From positions 131,192,001-131,256,000 of the forward strand of contig OX597814.1 of assembly GCA_951406725.2 (NCBI GenBank): DNA of 64,000 nucleotides, in the 5' to 3' direction. The stretch is from Octopus vulgaris. Its lineage: Eukaryota. The notes under the pieces were generated by a model. The model saw nothing but the letters and a program-made list of their open reading frames with translations, was not told the DNA's origin and did no database searches. The position numbers and the translations under genes were made by a program. Below, in pieces: positions 57,202 to 64,000 of this stretch; within the stretch, counting starts at the first letter, position 1, and every line of letters begins with the position of its first letter.

Positions 57202-57766
57202 TTGGGTTGTCCGGAAAGTTCGTGCCGATTTATAGTAGCTTACCTTTCGACTTATTTCAGAACATGGTTGAGTCCATAAAATAGGATTTGACTACGCCTC
57301 CATTTAGAGCACAGTTTAAGCTATCTTTTCGTGGAAGAAGGTTTATGTTCCTATAACCTGTGTTAATTCTGTAACCTTTTAAAATGGAAAATAAGAAAGT
57401 TCATTTTCGGCACTTGATACTTTGGGAACCAGACAAAAATTGCTGCTGCTCGGCTGGGATGTGTTACCCCACCCTCCGTCTTCACCAGATATTGCTCCTT
57501 CGGATTTCCACTTATTCAGGTCTCTGCAGAATAATCTTAATGGTAAAAATTTCAATTCCTTGGATGACATAAAAAGATACCTTGATGAATTATTTGCCAG
57601 GAAACCACCTCAATTTTCGGAAGAGGGTATTTTTAAGTTAAAGGAAGAATGGAGACGCATTGTACAACAAATTGTTCATATTTGGTTGATTAAAAATGTA
57701 ATGGCAAGTATTTATTGACCGTTTTCTTTCCTTTAAAAATTGGAACCAACTTTCCGGACAACCCAA
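57202..57766 (+). mobile_element. Internally deleted mariner transposon
   Basis: TIRs ttgggttgtccggaaagtt / aactttccggacaacccaa with TA at 57200-57201 and 57767-57768; N-terminal MENKKVHFRHLIL fused to C-terminal WDVLPHPPSSPDIAPSDFHLFRSLQN (cf. HPPYSPDLAPSD). Confidence 0.93.
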
Positions 57767-58607
57767 TATCATCGTCTAAGACCAGCATAGCAGTGCCGCA
57801 GCATAGTGGTGCTTCAACATGACGATGTTCCTACACAGAAACCAGGAAAGTAATATAAGAGTATATATAAACACATACAAATATATATGTGTCTGTTATG
57901 TGTGTGTGTGTGTGTGTGTGTGTTTGTTGGGAGGGGGATGAGACAATCTGCCTGTATTTGTGTATGTATATACATATATACATGTATGTCTCCTGACCAA
58001 AGAGAAGAGCAACGGAATCATGATGTGTTTAGTTATTGGGAAACTTGTTGACTGAATCTAATTCTTACTCAGCAGCGTTTCACATGGGTAAACTATACGC
58101 GTAATGATACGCTATTGAAGATGGATCACGTAGATGAATGTATAACTGGCTGAATTACAATGGTATGAAGGAAACCTGCTCAACCCTAGTCTGCGGTCAT
58201 TCAGGACAGCTATTTACGCGACGCTCGTTAAATTTAATGTGTATGAATATGTGTCGGTAAACATGGAGATTTCAGCCACCGTGAAACTATTTGAAATAAA
58301 CCTCTTATATTTATAAAGTTCATGTGAAACTACTGGCGGCTTTATATATGGAACTTTTCATTTAGAGAAAGCCTGCAGTTTTGCGTTACGCTGAAATATG
58401 AAGGGGCTTCACAAACGATGCTTTAGATTAATGGGTGTATTTCAGATCCCTTATCTATGAGTTTCCAAATAGAAAGAAGCATTGACTCAAAGATTTTTCT
58501 GTACCATGTTCTAAATGGATTATGTTGCTGGTAGTAACAACCGTTAAATGTGTTCGTTTTGAGTGCTGTGTTTTGTTTCACTACTATATAATGATATATA
58601 TATATAA

Positions 58608-58732
<125 letters not shown>

Positions 58733-58761
58733 CAGAGATCAAAGGTCCTTCACAAGCCATA

Positions 58762-58968
58762 GGCTCATAAAGCCGGTTTCTCGGATTCCGTGGTATATAT
58801 ATTTCCTCCTAGACAAGACGACGGTCCATCAAGGGATTGTTCAGTTTTGCCAATTGAGTGAACTGGAGCAACGTGAAAAGAACACAAGGTATTGCCCGAT
58901 CCGGGAATCGAAAGAGCAATCTTATGGTTATGAGTGCAACACACTAACCATTAACCCACGCACCTCCA
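58762..58968 (-). mobile_element. Diverged SINE, D-like head with the tail type seen at 18261 and 62321
   Basis: ggctcataaagccggtttc tail; gtggaggtgcgtgggttaatggttagtg head on the minus strand. Confidence 0.7.
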
Positions 58969-58969
58969 C

Positions 58970-59002
<33 letters not shown>

Positions 59003-59295
59003 TGTATGTATGTATGTATGTATGTATGTATGGATGGATGGATGGATGTATGTATGTATGTATGCATGCATGTATGTATGCATGTATGTATGCATGCATG
59101 TATGTATGCATGTATGTATGCGTGTATGTATGTATGTATGTGTGTGTGTGTGTAAGACAAACATACACACGCATTACTCTCTCTCTGTTTCTATCTGTCT
59201 CCCTTTCTCTCTTCCTCTTTATATCTGTGTGTGCGTGCGCGCGCATGTGTGTGTATATTTATATCTATTTATCTATCTATATTTCTCTCTATCTA

Positions 59296-59335
<40 letters not shown>

Positions 59336-59367
59336 GTGAAATAGAAAGATGAATAATCTTGTAGTAG

Positions 59368-59850
59368 ATTAATCAAAAGTTTAACCGATACCTTAGTAGC
59401 AAAAATAACGAATATAGTGACAGGAACGCAGTTCTAATTTCAGAAACTAATCCTAGCAGAATTAGATTCACGTCGGCGAACTCCAAGATCAAAAACGCCG
59501 TCTACCAATGCAAGGTTTACACGGACTCAGATGTCTTCACTTATGTAGGGGCCTCATCCTCAAGATTGTCTTTGCGTGTCTCCAACCATTACGCAACTTT
59601 TCGGGACATGAACAAGCGCCAGACCACGGGACTCAGTAAGCTAATATGGCGACTGAAGGATACGAACTTAAGCTACAGGCTGGAATGGTCAATTTTGTCG
59701 GTGGCCCTCCCATTTGATAGGGGCAGAAGGCAGTGCAACCTTTGTGTCTCCGAACTCTTCCATATTTTGTTTGCCAGAGGCCGGATGGTAAACGGGCTTT
59801 TATCGGCTTTTCGATGCCCCCATTGGCGGCGTTACATATCTGGCTTTTAA
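59368..59850 (+). pseudogene. Penelope-type GIY-YIG endonuclease domain (open frame, no start, truncated element)
   Basis: Frame read upstream of ORF 59566: KNAVYQCKVYTDSDVFTYVGASSSRLSLRVSNHY..TGLSKLIWRLK..EWSIL..CNLCVSE..VN..CPH. Confidence 0.85.
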
Positions 59851-60451
59851 ATGCGTTTATAAATAATACCGGCACCCATAGCCCTTGGTAACAAATTCTG
59901 AAATAGCCTTTAAGATATCTACGATTAACCACTGCAAGGGGAATTACTCCTGTAAGACAAACGGGGCTTGGTTTTTTCACAGCGGGGGTTTCCTTGACAA
60001 GGCAGGTTTAGATGAGAACACACACACACATAAAACATGATGTATATTTTTTTGCCACCCAACGGTCATCACGGCAGTAGCAACTGACAGCCGAACGATC
60101 AAACGCACACACGTACATCGAAAAGCAATGTTTGGTCTACCCCTACGCCAACACACACGTATATAGAACAGTATACACACACACACGTCTCTATATGTAG
60201 ATTTTTATGTTATAAATGTATCCAATATGTATTAAATAGTCAGAACTGTATGTATCGTATGTATGTATGTATGTATGTATGTATGTACATGTATGATGAT
60301 GCCTGTACCCGTATGTATGTCTGTCATGTATGGTATGTATGTATGTATGTAAACAGTATGTATGGGCTATGTATGTATGTATGTAGTATCGATTTGTTTG
60401 TATGCTCCGCCTCTGTTCTGTTTTTGTTTTTCCAACGGATTTTCTATTTTC

Positions 60452-60531
60452 TTCCTGAAGAGAAAGACACAATATGGTCCCATTATTCCATCGGATTTTG
60501 GTAATTTGTGCCTTTCGAAACACGTGTAGAA
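60452..60531 (+). ncRNA. Type-I hammerhead ribozyme, canonical core
   Basis: UUC CUGAAGA GAAAG a CACAA..UUGUG c CUUUC GAAA CACGUG UA GAA; G-C first pair of stem II, palindromic stem III, predicted cut after 60528. Confidence 0.82.
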
Positions 60532-60575
60532 TGTATATTTATATCTATTTATCTATCTATATTTCTCTCTATCTA

Positions 60576-60631
<56 letters not shown>

Positions 60632-60640
60632 TCTATAGAG

Positions 60641-60713
<73 letters not shown>

Positions 60714-61080
60714 CACACACGTATATAGTCGATATCTTAATTCTGTATAATGCGTGTCTCTCCGTTTTATCTAATTATTCTTTCTAAATTGGATATTTTT
60801 TCACTTTTTTTATTGAGTGCTCTCTCAATTGTTTTTGCATGATAGAGTAATTCTCTCTACCATTGCGAAGTATCTATTCATTTAGTCACAACACATACAC
60901 ACACACACACACACCAGCATACATACATGGATGCATTCAAGTACATACATGCATGTGTGTATATATGTTTGTATATGTATATGAATATATATAAATGTAT
61001 ATTGGCTAAACTGGCAAAATGACCATTCCGAAATATAACAATATCTGTTTCAACACACGACTTCACATAAAAAATCTTGC

Positions 61081-61132
<52 letters not shown>

Positions 61133-61362
61133 CGTGTGTGTGTATGTATGTATATATATACATATATACAGAGAGAGAGACAGACAGACAGACAGAAAGA
61201 CAGACAGACAGACAGACATATAGACAGAGACAGACAGACAGACAGAGTCTGTGTGTATTTGAATGTGTATGTGTGTGTGTGTGTGTGTGTGTATGAAAGA
61301 GATTGAGAGTCTGAATGTATGAAGAGAAAGAGGATGCAAAGAATAGTAGCCGCAACAGTAGG

Positions 61363-61451
<89 letters not shown>

Positions 61452-62049
61452 CAGCAGCAGCAGCTGTTGCGGTGGCGGAGGTGGTGGTGGTGGTGGTGGT
61501 AATTTCAAATTTTGGCACAGGGCCAGCAGTTTTTGAAAGGGGGTTGAAGCCGATTGCATCGACCCCAGTACTCTAACTGTTACGTATTCGGCGATCATTC
61601 GGTACTAGTAACATAACTGTCGCTTATAAACGCACATGGGTTTATTTACATTTCTGAAGAAAAGAGATACCTTTCCCCCTAACCCTAACACCACATATAT
61701 AAAAAAAATTAAAATTTTACGGAAAGTGACGATCTTCTTCTTCAAATGTAAACAACTACACGTGATGTAAATGGGACTCATATCGAAAGAATGCCACTTA
61801 ATCTATAGAATCCAAATCATGATAAGAGGAATAAATATTTCGCAAAATTAAAGAAATATTTTTGTCCGAAGCGATTAGCAGAGCGCTCAATAAAAATGGA
61901 AGAAAACAAAATCGTACTTTTTTTTTACATATAAATCCAAAACAATGCTGCGCTACCTTTTTTCACTTGCGGTTCACTTCTTCTCTTTGCAAAATTCGAC
62001 GGCGCACCTGAACTAAAAATATAACTAAAAGTACAGAGAAAATTATATT

Positions 62050-62126
62050 CAGGTTACATCGCGGCACACCTCGCATCGTCTCGTGGCACACCAATGTGCC
62101 GCGGCATACCGGCTGCGGAGCAGTGA
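62050..62126. mobile_element. Possible hAT-type transposon end
   Basis: Repeated ggcacacc/gtgccgcggca subterminal motifs ending gagcagtg; partner end not identified. Confidence 0.4.
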
Positions 62127-62320
62127 TCTAAGTGGTACTTGAAAATGAAATTCAGCCACGTTTTCAAATATATACGTTATATATTTGACGTATTCTGTGG
62201 GTAAAAGGTGTTTCCAGTAGTCAGACCATCGCAGAAAGGATATGGCTACAAGATACTGTCATCAGTGCATCGGCAAAAAGAACCTGATAACTTTGGTGTT
62301 GTATGCACACCTAGGAATGT

Positions 62321-62608
62321 CCTTCTCGAGCCACACCTGGCTCATAAGGGCCGGTTTCCTTGGCGTATAGGTTCCCCACCTGGAAGGGACACCGGTCCAT
62401 CGCAGGTGAGCTGCTAGATGCAGGAGGAAAGAGTGAGAGAAAGTTGTGGTGAAAGAGTAAGCACAAGTTCGCCGTTACCTTCTGCCGGAGCTGCGTGGAG
62501 CTTAGGTGCTTCGCTCATAAACACACACATCGCCCGGTCTGAGATTCGAACCCGCGATCCCTCGACCACGTGTCCGATGTTCTAATCACTAGGCCATGTG
62601 CCTCCACA
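62321..62608 (-). mobile_element. SINE family C-type
   Basis: Homolog of 18261-18558. Confidence 0.88.
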
Positions 62609-64000
62609 CCTAGGAACTGAAACCAGTGATATTCGGAAACAGTCGAAACGTACAGCATGCAAAACACGCACTATGATGCAACTTTGTAACGCGCACACAC
62701 ACACACACACACACATGCATACTCACAAATATACAAATGATCACACGCGCACACACTGGTGTATCCACACACTCTAGCACAAAATGAAACCCAGTTACTG
62801 ACACAAACGCGTGTGCACATACACGCACACATACACCTACACATGTACACGTACAGACAGGGTGAAAATCATTTAAGATTCACACACCCACAAGTACATT
62901 CACATCTACATTATATGAAACCATGTTTCGCACATGCGCATATGCATAAGTACACGAAAAGACACCAGCTGATACCCAGTTAGAGACAAAAAACATGGTG
63001 ACGCGCACACCCATGCATTACACACGCTCAGTCATTCACTTGAAGGGTGGGGGTGTTTGTGTGTAACCCCTCTCTTGATTTCTGGAATTTCTTTTATTCT
63101 TCGTAAACCTTTAAGGAAAACGTGACAGATCTTGAAATTTCGTTGCTTATTACGAAAAGAAAAGAACTTAGAAAAAAATTCTCCCTAACTTTATATATTC
63201 CCGTACATACATACATACATACGTACAAACATACATACATACATACATACATGTGTGTGTGTGTTTAGGTGTGTAAAAAGTTAAGGAGAAATAATGTAGG
63301 CTCAGTCGAGAGATTGTGGCATACACAGTCGGTTAGTCTGTAGCATAAACACTGCTTGTATGGAAAATACAGATGACTTGCTAATTGATCATAAAATTTA
63401 TTAATCAATGCATCAAATACATTTCGTCTCATATCATCCGATAAAATGACAGATGCTATACAACAAAGCAACTATCATTGTTTATAATGCGATAATCAAA
63501 TGTGTAAATAAAAGAAATGGAAGAGGTAGTCGAGTACTACAATTGTTTCAAAAGCATATCGTGTGCATCTTACGTAACATTACGAATTTCTTGTAACCGT
63601 CTAGTGTACTTTTTCATCAGGTACATACGACAGTTTGACTGCAAATAGTCCGCCGTAATGGAGAATGCAAAACAAAGCCGGGCTCGCAGAAAGAATGAAA
63701 AAGATGAAAGTGTAAATTGAAATAGGTAAAGAACGAATGGTGTGCCCTACTCAACGATTACCTTAGCGAGATAGATAGGGGTGTGGTTTCGTTTCTTTAT
63801 CAGCCTACTTGAAATATTGTAGTGGCTGCTGTAGATTATAATCGCATTAATGTATATATGGCATCAATAATGGGCAACCTGCGCGCCGAAAGTTGTGATG
63901 TTTATTGCTAGGAATAGATAAATATGAATAATAAAATGTCATATGAATTTTAAAAAAAAACGGAAGAGGAAAGAAAAGGGAAATGAAGAAGAATAAGAAT

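Larger units (their letters stand above)
59333..60531 (+). mobile_element. 5'-truncated Penelope-like element (GIY-YIG endonuclease, 3' region, hammerhead)
   Basis: See the frame 59368-59850 and the HHR 60452-60531; flanked by a direct repeat starting at 59252 and at 60532. Confidence 0.85.

Noticed and set aside
61677-61689. ccctaaccctaac telomere-like repeat
   Set aside because: Only two units; expected by chance

Overview
Eukaryotic, AT-rich, repeat-saturated DNA with no recognisable host protein-coding gene. The SINE families and the density of (TA)n, (TG)n, (TACA)n and (TAGA)n microsatellites point to an octopus or other coleoid cephalopod genome (inference). Almost all listed ORFs are microsatellite artefacts. 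The real coding remnants are all from transposons: Penelope-like elements (PLE; an RT at about 5.3-6.9 kb and a GIY-YIG endonuclease at 59.4-59.85 kb), an R4/Dong-type RLE LINE in tandem fragments inside (TACA)n, RTE and CR1-type LINEs, and Tc1/mariner derivatives. The most interesting signal is 13 type-I hammerhead-ribozyme (HHR) motif copies (CUGANGA...GAAA-palindromic stem III-UH), some degenerate or partial, from several distinct PLE-terminal families. They sit in or beside (TA)n tracts, eight of them between 33.5 and 40.2 kb. Four lie within two near-perfect fold-back palindromes (86-bp and 266-bp arms, both with 10-nt loops). All coordinates and alignments were read by eye and no database search was run.
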